Shown in pieces: positions 38,432 through 48,676 of a DNA stretch of 64,000 nucleotides. Origin of the DNA: Chloroflexota bacterium (GTDB lineage: Bacteria > Chloroflexota > UBA11872 > VXNJ01); assembly GCA_965261345.1 (NCBI GenBank), contig OZ253449.1:128001-192000 (forward strand), given 5' to 3'. The position numbers and the translations under genes are program-made. The first letter of the stretch is position 1; every line of letters begins with the position of its first letter. The notes under the pieces are model-generated. The model was not told where the DNA came from, ran no database searches, and saw only the letters and a program-made list of their open reading frames with translations.

Positions 38432-38755
38432 CTAATCGATGGCGGCTCGATCGCGCGCCTGGCCCGTTTCGGCAGCAGGCCGTGTAGGCAGTTGATCAAT
38501 CAGGGTCCCCACATCGTTTGTAGCCTGCACCAAATCGAATTGGTTTTGCAGATTCAACCAGAATTGCGGGTCCATCCCGAACCAATGCCCTAGCCGCAAC
38601 GCGGTGTCGCAACTGATCGATCGGCGGTGGGCAATGATTTGGGAAATTCGATTTGCGGGCACATCCAATTGCCGAGCAATTTCAGTCGCCGATATACCCA
38701 ACTCGGCAATTTCGTCTTTGAGGACTGTTCCAGGATGCACCGCTCGCTTAAACAA
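38432..38755 (-). CDS. higA: HigA antitoxin
   Basis: VHPGTVL, DTALRL..WFG..PQFWLNLQ. Confidence 0.92.
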   Translation of the reverse strand: MFKRAVHPGTVLKDEIAELGISATEIARQLDVPANRISQIIAHRRSISCDTALRLGHWFGMDPQFWLNLQNQFDLVQATNDVGTLIDQLPTRPAAETGQARDRAAID

Positions 38756-38776
38756 CGTAGTCCGCCTTAGCCAAAA

Positions 38777-39061
38777 TTAGTGGCAGTTAACGATCTCGAC
38801 CCGAGCGGGACCTGCTTGGCCAACAGGCCACTTAAAGCAGATTCGCCACCGGTGATTAATCCTGTTTGAGTATTGACCACGACGCCGACCACCAAGTGAC
38901 TGGAGGCGATTGCTGGGCAGCGCCCGCAATGATTCGATAGCAGCGGCGGCATTGAGAATCGATAGACGTTTCTCAGCTTGCTGCTCAATCGACTCAAACT
39001 CCCTAACAATTTCACCACCTGCAAACCTCTCGGTCCGCTTGTCGGCGTAGTCGACGATCAT
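38777..39061 (-). CDS. higB: HigB (RelE/ParE-like) toxin
   Basis: LPSNRLQSL.G.RRGQYS.RIN.RWRICF.W; start MIVDYAD at 39061. Confidence 0.88.
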   Translation of the reverse strand: MIVDYADKRTERFAGGEIVREFESIEQQAEKRLSILNAAAAIESLRALPSNRLQSLGGRRRGQYSNRINHRWRICFKWPVGQAGPARVEIVNCH

Positions 39062-39450
39062 CTCTGATCTTTCTCGGTCAATAGACGCAGTACGTAAAGC
39101 GTACATTGAGATCGCTATTGATGCCTGTTGAAACGCAGGCAAGGTGAAATCTGAGATTTTGACACCTGCCCGAGGCGCCAAGGAAGTATTCAGACTCGGA
39201 GGTTAGTTCCCAGCTTGCTGATGCCGGACAATGCAGCAGCTTCTATAGGCTGCGATCAGATACAGGAATAATGATTCTGCCTCGTATCTTTGGCCTCAAC
39301 ATGATATTCAGAGGTCTAGCACTGTGCGCAACCCTCGATATATCTGTGCCAAGACCGGCCCGGGGGCACGGCCGGCAAGTTCAACTAAGTGATCGCGGTC
39401 AATGGTAATGATTTGGGACACGTTAGCCACCGAGTCTTTCGGCAGCCCAA

Positions 39451-42400
39451 GGACGTGTCCCGTAGTTTGGTGTAAATAGGCCATTGCCTCTACGTGGGGT
39501 TCGGCATGATCATCTTTAAAGATGATCATGCCGGCAGGGCCGGCATATGGACGGGCGACGTTTCCTTCTGGCTAGCTTCCGCGGCGCTTGGTTACGCCCA
39601 ATATTCTCATCGACGAAGGATCTTTCCATCATCAATGGATCCAACCTCGGGTCGGAGAACTAAAGGGCCGCAAATCGCCGCAGAGTACCTTCAAGTTCCA
39701 ATGCGAACAGGCGACGAAGTACGAACTACGTTCAATTGAGGGTGTGCTCGCGCCAACGGGCCGACCTTTAGAAACCGGCCCCGGGTGAGCTGGGGCGGCC
39801 TCTACAGGCCGACCACCGTCGGCAAGGCCAGATGGCGGTTGATCTCCTCGGATGTTGAGACCTTGCCGATCATCGCCATGGTCCGAGCGGCCATGTAGCG
39901 GCGTTCGGACACTGCCCACTCGTCGTTTTGTTCACAAAGAACCGCTCCCACGAGGCGCAGCACCGAGGCATCGTCAGGAAATAGCTGCACCACCCTGGTC
40001 CTGCGCTTGATTTCAACCATGAGCCGCTCTAAGGGGTTAGTCGACCAGATCTTGCGCCAGTGCTCTGGCGGGAAGTCGGTATAGGCGGTCAGCTCGATCT
40101 CGGCGTTATCGAGTATTGCCGCCAATTCGGGATAGCGCCGCTCCAATCGATCGGCGAAGTGATGGTAGGCGCCTATGGCGCTCTCCCGGTCGGGCTGGGC
40201 GAAGACCGATGCCAGGCCGGCCGCCACCACTCGTTGATCAGCCCTTTTCACCTTTCGCAACAGATTGCGTTCGAAGTGGACCCTGCAGGTCTGCCAGGCG
40301 GCATCGGGCAATAGCCTGGCAACCGCGTTGCCGATCGCCTTGTGTCCATCGGAGATGACCAGTCTGACGCCGCTGAGGCCGCGCTCGGTAAGTGACCGTG
40401 GCAGGTCCCCGGTTTTGGTACCAGGTGGTTTGAGACATTGTCTTGTGGGAGGGTGCCGCCAGCTCTCCTGCAGGAGAGCTGGCGGCGAAGCTGATATTGC
40501 GGCCGCCCGTAGCACCCACGAAGACGGACGCCGGGCCGTCGATGAGGCCGGCCAGCAGCAGCCGGATTGCAACCGGAAGTTGATCCATCACGCCGCCGCC
40601 TCGATCGCTTCCAGGGGCGCCAGGTAGCCGAGCGCCGAGTGCGGGCGCACGGTGTTGTAGTCGATCCGGAAGCGCTCCAGCATCACCCTGGCTTCTTCGA
40701 GGGTGAAGAATATCTCGCGGTCCAGGAGCTCGTCGCGGAGCTTGGATATGAACGATTCCGCATAGGCGTTCTCCCAGGGCGCTCCGGGCTTTATGTAGAC
40801 GGTCTTGACGCTGTTGCCAGATAGCCATTGCCTTATCGCTTTGGCGGTAAATTCGGGGCCGTTGTCAGAGCGGATGTGCTCGGGGACCCCGTGGATGAGC
40901 ATGAGGTCGGCGATTGTCTCGATCACGTCCCGGGCAGGGAAGGATCGGGCCGCCCGGGCCGCTAAGGCCACGCGGGTGAACTCATCGACCACGGTAAGGA
41001 TCCGCAGTGGTCTGCCGTCCTCGGTGCGCTCGTAGGTAAAGTCGTAGGCCCAGACGTGATTCGGGCGCTCGGCCATAAGCCGCGTAGAGCGTCCGTTCTC
41101 CAGCCAGAGGCGCGACTTCTTGACCTTTCGGATCGGGACCTTAAGGCCCTGCGCGCGCCAGATGCGCAATACCCGTTTGCGGTTCAGTTTCCAGCCCGAG
41201 TGTTTAAGCAGGGCGGTGATGCGCTTGTAGCCATAGCGGGGGTGCTTGAGGGAAAGCATCCTGATCTCGGCGGTGAGGTTGTCCTCTTCCGGATCGGGTT
41301 TTGGGATGTAGCGCTGGGTGCGGCGCGATTGGCCCAGCACCCGGCAGGCTCTTCGTTCAGACACCGGGAACTTGGCCCGGACGTGGTCGACGCACTTGCG
41401 CCGCCGCTCCGGGCTTAGAAGTTTCCCGAGGCCGTCTCTTTCAGGATCTGGTTGTCGAGCGTTAGATCGGCCACCGCGTGTTTTAAGCGCTTGTTCTCCT
41501 CGCGCAGGCGCTTGTTCTCCTTGGCCTCGGCGAGCGTCATCCCGCCGTAGCGGGAGCGCCAGCGGTAATAGGTCTGGACGTTGATCGCCGCCTTGCGGCA
41601 GCTCTGCTCGACGGTGTCGCCCTGGGCGACACCAAGCTCTATGGCCCGGAGCTTGTTGATGATCTGTTCGGGCGAGTACTTTCGCTTCGCCATTGCAGTC
41701 CCCTTTCGTTGGAACCAGATTATTCACATTCCCTCTGGTACCAATGAGGGGGAGCCGGCCAACCGCAGGAAGTCCTCCCAGAAACCCTGCTCTTCGCTGT
41801 GACCGACAGATAGGCCCAACAGTTCGCGATGGCCGTCCCTGTTAACGGCCATGGCCACCGCCACCGCCCGCGATCGCACTGCGTTGCCGTTGCGGGCCTT
41901 TAGGTAGGTGGCGTCGATGAACAGGTAGGGGAACTCGGTATGGAAAAGATCGCGGGAGCGGAAGTCGGAGACCATCGCGTCGATTCCCTTGCAGATGCGG
42001 GAGACCTCGGATTTGGATATCCCGGCATTGACACCCAGGGATTCGACAAGCTTGTCGACCTTCCTTGTGGAAATCCCTTTGATGTAAGCCGTCATGATCA
42101 CCGCGTAGAGGGCCCTGTCGACGCGTCTTCGCTTCTCTAGAAATTCGGGGTAGTAGCTTCCCTTGCGCAGCTTGGGCAGGGCGATCTCGATATCGCCGCC
42201 ACGCGTGGAGATGGTTCGTTTGCGGGATCCGTTGCGCTGGGTCCTGCGTGATCCATTGCGTTCATGCGGTCCGGCGCCGATATGTTCGACCAGACCGGCG
42301 TCAATTAGCTGCTGATAGGAGTGCTCGATGACGTTGCGGATGAATTCGCCGGTGTCTAGCCCCTCATCGCGAATTTGAGCGAGCAGGGACTGATAATCGA

Positions 42401-42535
42401 TCTGGGCCATCGTTGTGGTACCTCGAAGAGAGAAGTGAAGTTCATCTCGTAGAGGATTGCACGATGGCCCTTATTCATCGTGATTGCTTATTTGAAATAA
42501 GCTGGCAGAGTTACACCAATTGGTGGGACGTGATC
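39451..42535 (-). mobile_element. IS256 copy 2; transposase 42410-39802 split by IS3
   Basis: 8-bp TSD cagcccaa at 39443-50 and 42536-43. Confidence 0.93.
40399..41761 (-). mobile_element. IS3-family element copy 2, intact; orfA 41693-41415, orfB to 40588
   Basis: TG...CA TIRs, 4-bp TSD accg, G GGA AAC -1 frameshift motif at the end of orfA. Confidence 0.95.
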
Positions 42536-42738
42536 CAGCCCAACTTCTTCGGCCCGCATGAAGACTTTGCCTGGAGCTTCGTTTAAGCGAAGGTTTGAAG
42601 TGACGGTGATAGCTACTACGGTGCTCATCCGACTGAGGTTGAATGAATCTGCCTGAACGACCAACAAGGGACGCCTGAACAAAGGTTCAGATCCGCGAGA
42701 TTCGGGCAGATTTGCCCACCAGACCTCGCCGCGTTCAA

Positions 42739-42975
42739 TCACCACTGTTTGGAGGCGAGTGTCCGAGATTGAGCATCTACGATTTCCGGGTCGAGCGCGC
42801 TGGGCAATTCGGCGTACACCTCGTTTAATTTGGCGGTAACGCCGTCGCGGCGATGCTTGGCCACAAATTCAGCCAACGCGGTGGCGTACAAATTGCTGCG
42901 AGTGGTCCCGAGGCTGTCTGCCAATTCATCGGCCGAATGGAACAGATCATCGGGGAGTGAAATCGCCGTTTTCAT
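42739..42975 (-). CDS. MazE-like ribbon-helix-helix antitoxin
   Basis: MKTAISLPDDLF...TRSNLY; directly upstream of mazF. Confidence 0.85.
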   Translation of the reverse strand: MKTAISLPDDLFHSADELADSLGTTRSNLYATALAEFVAKHRRDGVTAKLNEVYAELPSALDPEIVDAQSRTLASKQW

Positions 42976-43209
42976 GCAGGTATTAAACCCGCGTATAACC
43001 ACAACGCGATGATCGCGTCTTCAGCCAACGAGTTACCGACGCCGTACTCGCCCTCGGGAACAATGATTATGTTTAAAGACTAATTTCCGCAAGGAGCCGA
43101 TCTTCGTCCGGCCCCACCACTGGGGCCGGGGAATAGACGGAGCCCCAGCTATATCCCAGCGCTCAACGCTGGCCTTTTCGTGCTTGCGGTTTCAGGACTG
43201 TCCACTCAG

Positions 43210-44256
43210 TTAGCGTTGAAGGAGCTCCATGATCGCATCACTGATAAAGCGAGCATCAGTATCGTTGATTCCACTTCCCGCGAAATGTCCCCAGGCCGAC
43301 GGAATGACCCGCAGTTCGACTTCACTCTGAGTCATCTTCTCGACGATTGTGGCTTCGGCTGCGGGCGAGAAGAAGAGGTCGCCCTGAGCCGGCATCACCA
43401 GGGCTGCTGCTGTAACCCGTTGCAGCGCCTCGGCCAACGATTCCTGTCCAACTGCAACATCAGCGTTTTGCCATGTCCAGAGCATCGAGAGAAGATCGTT
43501 GGCGTCTCGACTCAGTGTGAACCCTTCCCAGACGGCCACTAGAAAGTCCTCAAGTGTTGGGAAGCCAACATGACGAAACATACGTTCCTCGTAAAAGTGC
43601 CTCGTTAGGCTCCACCCAGCGAAGACCCGCCCCATGGCTCGGAGGCCAACCGTTGGAGGTTCCGAGTACCGCCCGCCTCTCCAGTCCGAGTCCGCTTGAA
43701 CCGCGGCTCGTGCGCCCTCTAACGCAACAATGTTCTGGACACTCGTTCTGGCTGACCCGCAGAACGGAGCCATTCGAAGCACAACGTCTGGAAACGTCAC
43801 GGCCCATTGATAGGTCTGTGCGGCACCCATGGACCATCCCGTCACCAACTGAAGCTCACCAATCCCAAGTTCGTCGGTAACCAATCGATGCTGCAGCATC
43901 ACGTTGTCGAGGATTGTGATATTGGGAAATGACGCTGCATCGAATGGCGCGGGCGTATTGCTCGGCGAAGAAGAGCACCCATTTCCGAGAAGATGTGGAA
44001 TAATCACGAAGTAGCGGCTGGGATCTAGAACCATCCCGTCCCCCACCAGCCAGTCGATGTCCGTGTGGCGAGCCGCATATGACGCCGCGTACAGAACTAC
44101 GTTGTCCTTATCTTGACTCAACTCGCCGTACGTCGCGTACGCAAGTTGGACGTCCCTCAACACTCCGCCGTTCTGAAGCGGCAAATCACCACCCGCGTAG
44201 ACGTGGAAATCGCTAGGTTCAGACACGCTGCACCGAACCGGTTTTTTGTGTTCCAT
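43210..44256 (-). CDS. Homoserine-acetyltransferase-like alpha/beta hydrolase
   Basis: GNGCSSSPSN, GWSMG, DLFF, WGH. Confidence 0.88.
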   Translation of the reverse strand: MEHKKPVRCSVSEPSDFHVYAGGDLPLQNGGVLRDVQLAYATYGELSQDKDNVVLYAASYAARHTDIDWLVGDGMVLDPSRYFVIIPHLLGNGCSSSPSNTPAPFDAASFPNITILDNVMLQHRLVTDELGIGELQLVTGWSMGAAQTYQWAVTFPDVVLRMAPFCGSARTSVQNIVALEGARAAVQADSDWRGGRYSEPPTVGLRAMGRVFAGWSLTRHFYEERMFRHVGFPTLEDFLVAVWEGFTLSRDANDLLSMLWTWQNADVAVGQESLAEALQRVTAAALVMPAQGDLFFSPAAEATIVEKMTQSEVELRVIPSAWGHFAGSGINDTDARFISDAIMELLQR

Positions 44257-44337
44257 TCAAATATCTGTGACAGATCATAAGTCGTCACCTCCGTTCATCA
44301 GTTGGGGAACGTCGCAGCTCCCTCGCCGGTCCCACAC

Positions 44338-45063
44338 CTAGGCGTTCTGAGCCGCAGCCTCTTTGAGCATCTCCTCGTACTCAGAAGACAGCAAGACATC
44401 ACCAAAGGTCAACTGAATCGACCTAAGGGCTTCCCAATGCTGTCCATATCCGAGTGGTGGATTTTCAAGTGGTGACGGCACGGCGGTCGTTGTATCTGCT
44501 AGGACAATGATTTTTATGTCACGCGACCAAGCGTCGTGTGCGGTCGACACCACACACTGGGCAGAAGTCACGCCCACCAAGACAAGGGTGTCTGCGTCAA
44601 AATGGCGGAGATACTCTTGGAGCTTCGTTCCGTAGAACGAACTCATCCTGTGTTTGACGATCCGCATGTCGCCATCCTGGGGTTCGAGTCCTTCAGCCAA
44701 CTCTGATCCCCAATTGCCCCAAGTGAGTGGTGAATTAGGAGTCCCAGGGCTGATCTCCGGCCACTTGTACTCAACGAGTCCGGCATCTCGCCCGTCTCCT
44801 TGCAGTCCAAACTTCGACCAAATAATCGGGATACCGTATTGCCTCGAAAGCTTCACGGCATCGATCACTGGACCAACGACGTCCTCCCCAGCAGGTGCTC
44901 CGCCGACGCTCGGAATGTGCTGAGGGCTGTTGGGATCGACTACCAGCTTTTGGAAGTCAACCACCATAAGTACCGTTCTATCAAGCTCCAGCTTGGGTAC
45001 GCTTCTGTGGATCCTTGGAACCACATCGTCTAGGTGTTCTATTGTGTAATTGAGGGTAGACAT
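44338..45063 (-). CDS. Isochorismatase-family cysteine hydrolase
   Basis: D-K-C triad: VVDFQ, KHRMSSF, GVTSAQCV. Confidence 0.88.
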   Translation of the reverse strand: MSTLNYTIEHLDDVVPRIHRSVPKLELDRTVLMVVDFQKLVVDPNSPQHIPSVGGAPAGEDVVGPVIDAVKLSRQYGIPIIWSKFGLQGDGRDAGLVEYKWPEISPGTPNSPLTWGNWGSELAEGLEPQDGDMRIVKHRMSSFYGTKLQEYLRHFDADTLVLVGVTSAQCVVSTAHDAWSRDIKIIVLADTTTAVPSPLENPPLGYGQHWEALRSIQLTFGDVLLSSEYEEMLKEAAAQNA

Positions 45064-45164
45064 TGGCGTTTCTGCCTCCTTACTACTTAAGCTACGTATA
45101 CCACATTGGTGCGTAGCGGGGGATATTACAATTCGCGATCAGATTCGCATAACTATCCATCTCT

Positions 45165-45261
45165 CTCCTTTCTAAGAACTGTCAGCGGGCTCCTTTCTAA
45201 GAACTGTCAGCGGGCTCCTTTCTAAGAACTGTCAGCGGGCTCCTTTCTAAAAGCTGTCAGC
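45165..45261. repeat. 25-bp tandem repeat (three perfect units plus one diverged)
   Basis: ctcctttctaagaactgtcagcggg at 45165, 45190 and 45215; variant at 45240. Confidence 0.95.
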
Positions 45262-46988
45262 AAGGCAGCGCGCTCCTCAGCATATGCGGGCATAGGAGTC
45301 AATCCGCCACACAGCTTGTCCGCCGCCATAAAGGCGAGTGCCATGATGGTTACTGTTGGGTTATAACCGAAGCACGTCGGGAACTGGCCTCCGCCTATTG
45401 CGTAAAGGCCCTCACATTCGTGTACGCGGCCAAACTGATCGACAACAGACGCTGACGGATCGTCACCCATGCGATGCGTGCCGTGCTCGTGAGTTGAGAG
45501 ATGATAATCAGGATTTGAGCTATCGACCCACCAGTCCGTCATCCCCATCTCCTCGGCGATCCGAGCTTTCACACCTATCAACATTTCGGTCGCTTTGATG
45601 TCATGCTCGACCCACGAGTGGGTCATTCGAAGAGCCGGCTGGCCGAATCGGTCTTTGACCCTCGGATCAAGGTCTACATAGAACCTCTCATCCGGGAAGT
45701 TAGATACCTGAGCATAGATGCTGTGGAGTCGCCGATAGTTCTCACGCATCCACTCCTTCAACGGTGCCCCCCACCGAGGAAGATCCGGTGGAAGACCGTG
45801 GGCAGCTTTGAGCGGAGGCACATCTCCGGTGAAACTCGTAATCGCGGAGCCCCAGATGACTCCATCCTCGTTGTCGGGCACAAGCTCGCCGTTGAAGTCG
45901 TCTATGACGCTCGACGCATTGAGTGGTCCCATGAACGGATTCGTGAACTCTGGGAGCAAGCCCGTGAACCACCCGAAGTTGTGAGTCGTAAGATACTTCC
46001 CGGTCACGCCGCTCTCGTTGATGCCTGAGACCAAGAGGAGGCGAGCATTCTCGAGCGCATATGCGGCGAGGATCACATTGTCTGCTTCGCATGTCCGGAG
46101 CTCGCCAGCAGCGTCCATGTACTCTACCCCTTGAACACGACTATTCCGATGAATTACTCTCAGGACGCGCGAGAACGGGCGAATCTCAAGGTTGCCGGTG
46201 GCGACAGCTTCTGGAATAAGGTCGTACCTGTGGTTGGTCTTCGCATTCACATGACAAGGGAAGCCGTGACAAAAGCCACAGTAAACGCAGCCGGACCGTC
46301 TTCCATAGTCCTCCGATGCGATAGCCGTCGCCTGAGGGAATGGATGGAAGCCAAGTTTCTCGCACGCTTCAACGAAGTGCCTGTCAGCGGCACCCGCCGT
46401 CAACGGCGGTAGTGGGTAGTCGCGCGATCGTGGCGCCTCGAACGGGTTTCCCCCTGGCACGATCTCACCTTTGACATTTCCCGCTTTCCCCGAGAAGCCG
46501 AACTCCCACTCGACCCTGTCGTAGTAGGGCTCTAAGTCTGAATAGGAGATCGGCCAATCCACGATGCTCGTGTGTTCAGGAATTGCCTCTTTACCGAAGC
46601 GCTCGAGGATGGTGCTGCGCATCCGGAAGTCCGACTGCCGTAAGCGCCAAGCTGAACCACTCCAGTGGACGGTGCCACCTCCGGTTCCGATGGATGGCGG
46701 CAAGTGGAGTGGCTCGTGAGTAGCCAGCGGTCCTGTCGCCCACGGCAGTAAGACTGCCTCAGTCATGTCGTCGGGACGCCATGTAATCGGGTCACTCTTC
46801 ATGTCTGGTATCAGCTCATGACGCGACCAATACCTGATTTCATCCTGCTTGAACCGAAAGTCCTCCTGCGAGTAATACGGGCCCTTGTCAATCGCTATGA
46901 CGCGGGCACCACTCGAGGCTAGCTCACGGGCTAGTATCGAGCCCGATGCTCCAAGACCTACGATGATGAAATCGGCCTTGCTACTCAT
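45222..46988 (-). CDS. GMC oxidoreductase (gluconate 2-dehydrogenase flavoprotein-like)
   Basis: GLGASG, GGGTVHW, CVYCGFC...C, HEHGTHRMG, NPT. Confidence 0.9.
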   Translation of the reverse strand: MSSKADFIIVGLGASGSILARELASSGARVIAIDKGPYYSQEDFRFKQDEIRYWSRHELIPDMKSDPITWRPDDMTEAVLLPWATGPLATHEPLHLPPSIGTGGGTVHWSGSAWRLRQSDFRMRSTILERFGKEAIPEHTSIVDWPISYSDLEPYYDRVEWEFGFSGKAGNVKGEIVPGGNPFEAPRSRDYPLPPLTAGAADRHFVEACEKLGFHPFPQATAIASEDYGRRSGCVYCGFCHGFPCHVNAKTNHRYDLIPEAVATGNLEIRPFSRVLRVIHRNSRVQGVEYMDAAGELRTCEADNVILAAYALENARLLLVSGINESGVTGKYLTTHNFGWFTGLLPEFTNPFMGPLNASSVIDDFNGELVPDNEDGVIWGSAITSFTGDVPPLKAAHGLPPDLPRWGAPLKEWMRENYRRLHSIYAQVSNFPDERFYVDLDPRVKDRFGQPALRMTHSWVEHDIKATEMLIGVKARIAEEMGMTDWWVDSSNPDYHLSTHEHGTHRMGDDPSASVVDQFGRVHECEGLYAIGGGQFPTCFGYNPTVTIMALAFMAADKLCGGLTPMPAYAEERAALLTAFRKEPADSS

Positions 46989-47548
46989 CCCGCTTCCTTC
47001 ACCGGAAATGACCGCTCGGCCTCTTCGCTAATGAGGTCGGCGAGCGTTTTTACCGGAAGTTGAGTCGAGTCGAAGTCTGGCAGTCCTTGCCATTCCGAGT
47101 ACCCCCAATATGCACCAGGGAAGCCCACGAGTTTCCACCCAACGGCATTCTTATTGCCTCCGTAAGATGGATCACAAAAGAACCCCTGTAGTACGTGCTC
47201 GCAAACAACAGCGAAGAAGTACGGCAATATCTCGTACATTGCCCCAACTGACGGTATCACATCCCCGCTATCGTCAATTTGGCTCAGGATTTCGTCTTGG
47301 GAGTCAACACTCAGTGACGTGAATAGCCCGCCTTTTTCGTCCATCGCAAATGCATCAAGGAGGCGAATGCCCTCTCGATAAAGAGGGCGAAGCTCCTGGT
47401 ATGATCCCGCTAGCGATTCGTCGATGAACACGACGGCGTCTGCCTCTTTAGCTCCCGGATCCGAGTCGTTTCCTGGAATGATTCTCGACGCAACCGCGTC
47501 GAGAGTGCGTGCTTCACTCGCGTTGAAGAATTTCATGGCACGGGTCAC
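46985..47548 (-). CDS. Gluconate 2-dehydrogenase subunit 3 family protein
   Basis: RIIP....PGA, GFFCDPSYGGN....GW.LVGFPG. Confidence 0.92.
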   Translation of the reverse strand: MTRAMKFFNASEARTLDAVASRIIPGNDSDPGAKEADAVVFIDESLAGSYQELRPLYREGIRLLDAFAMDEKGGLFTSLSVDSQDEILSQIDDSGDVIPSVGAMYEILPYFFAVVCEHVLQGFFCDPSYGGNKNAVGWKLVGFPGAYWGYSEWQGLPDFDSTQLPVKTLADLISEEAERSFPVKEAG

Positions 47549-47608
47549 GGTCCTATCACTCTCCTTGATCTGATGGGCGCAGCCGTTGCTACCGGCCGCG
47601 TAACCTCA

Positions 47609-48676
47609 CTACTTGACAACATCGTCCTTTCCTCGATCGAGAGTGATTGCAACGGCCAGAACAACCACTGTACCCATCACTATCTGCTGCACGTGGGGAT
47701 TCAAAGCCGCCAAGACCATGCCGTTGCTGAGGATCGCGATCACGACAACTCCAAGCGTCACGTTCAAAGGACCGCCCCGACCTCCGGACAGAGGTATTCC
47801 GCCCATGACAACGGCCGCTATTGCTGGCAGAAGCAAGGAGTCGCCCATCCGCGGGCTGGCGCTACTCGTGCGCATGGCCAGCATCAATCCGGCGAAACCA
47901 GCAAAGAGCCCGCTGATCATGAAAGCCTGGAGTTTTACTCGCTCCACTGGAACCCCGACTAGGCGCGCCGTACGCTCGTTCCCGCCGAGCGCGTAAATGT
48001 GTCTGCCCAGGCGCGTAAAGCGCAGCCAGAGAATCGAGAAGACCATTACACCGACTGCCCAGAGCCCGATGACCGACACCCCGACCACAGATCCCGCAAA
48101 CCAGTCACCTGCCCCGAGCAACGGTAGTGATATGGGTTGGCCATCAGACATGTAATTCGCAAGGCCGTTGTATGCGAACAGGCCACCCAGCGTCACTAGA
48201 AATGACGGCATCCGCCCGTAAGCGACAACCGCTCCGTTAACTGCTCCGCATAGCAATCCGACCACCGGGAGGACGAGCAGATAATCGGTGGTTCCGGCAG
48301 CGGAAGCCAGGGTCGCTCCAACGAATGCCGATAGCGTCAAGACGGATCCGACCGACAAGTCGATACCACCAATCAGGATGACAACCATCGAACCAAGCGC
48401 TATCACCATCAGTACTGCGGAGCTCCTGAAGATGGCCAGCATGTTGTCCAACGTTAGGAAGTGTTCACTTAGTAGCGAAAAACCAGCCAACAGGGCCAAC
48501 AGAACGGCAACGGGCGCAGCCTTGGACCAGTGCTTAGTCACAAATTCCAGCCCGCTTATTGGTCGCAGACCTTGTGGTTCTGTGGCTGGCGGCGTATCGC
48601 GCAGGAGCGAGCCGCGTAACTCCGACTTGGAAACGCTTCGACGAACTTGATCGCTTCTTGAGTCGAATGCGCTCAT
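47609..48676 (-). CDS. Sugar ABC permease (RbsC-like)
   Basis: GGIDLSVGS, PSFLVTLG, GGNERTARLVG, AAVVMGG. Confidence 0.93.
   Translation of the reverse strand: MSAFDSRSDQVRRSVSKSELRGSLLRDTPPATEPQGLRPISGLEFVTKHWSKAAPVAVLLALLAGFSLLSEHFLTLDNMLAIFRSSAVLMVIALGSMVVILIGGIDLSVGSVLTLSAFVGATLASAAGTTDYLLVLPVVGLLCGAVNGAVVAYGRMPSFLVTLGGLFAYNGLANYMSDGQPISLPLLGAGDWFAGSVVGVSVIGLWAVGVMVFSILWLRFTRLGRHIYALGGNERTARLVGVPVERVKLQAFMISGLFAGFAGLMLAMRTSSASPRMGDSLLLPAIAAVVMGGIPLSGGRGGPLNVTLGVVVIAILSNGMVLAALNPHVQQIVMGTVVVLAVAITLDRGKDDVVK

Larger units (their letters stand above)
39308..42745 (-). pseudogene. mazF: MazF/PemK toxin split by IS256
   Basis: RGEVWWANL..GSEP..RRP...EEVGL (42745-42536) joins PKDSVANVSQIITIDR (39442-39308). 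Confidence 0.9.

Noticed and set aside
45165-45261. CRISPR array
   Set aside because: Units are directly adjacent with no spacers, and there are no cas genes
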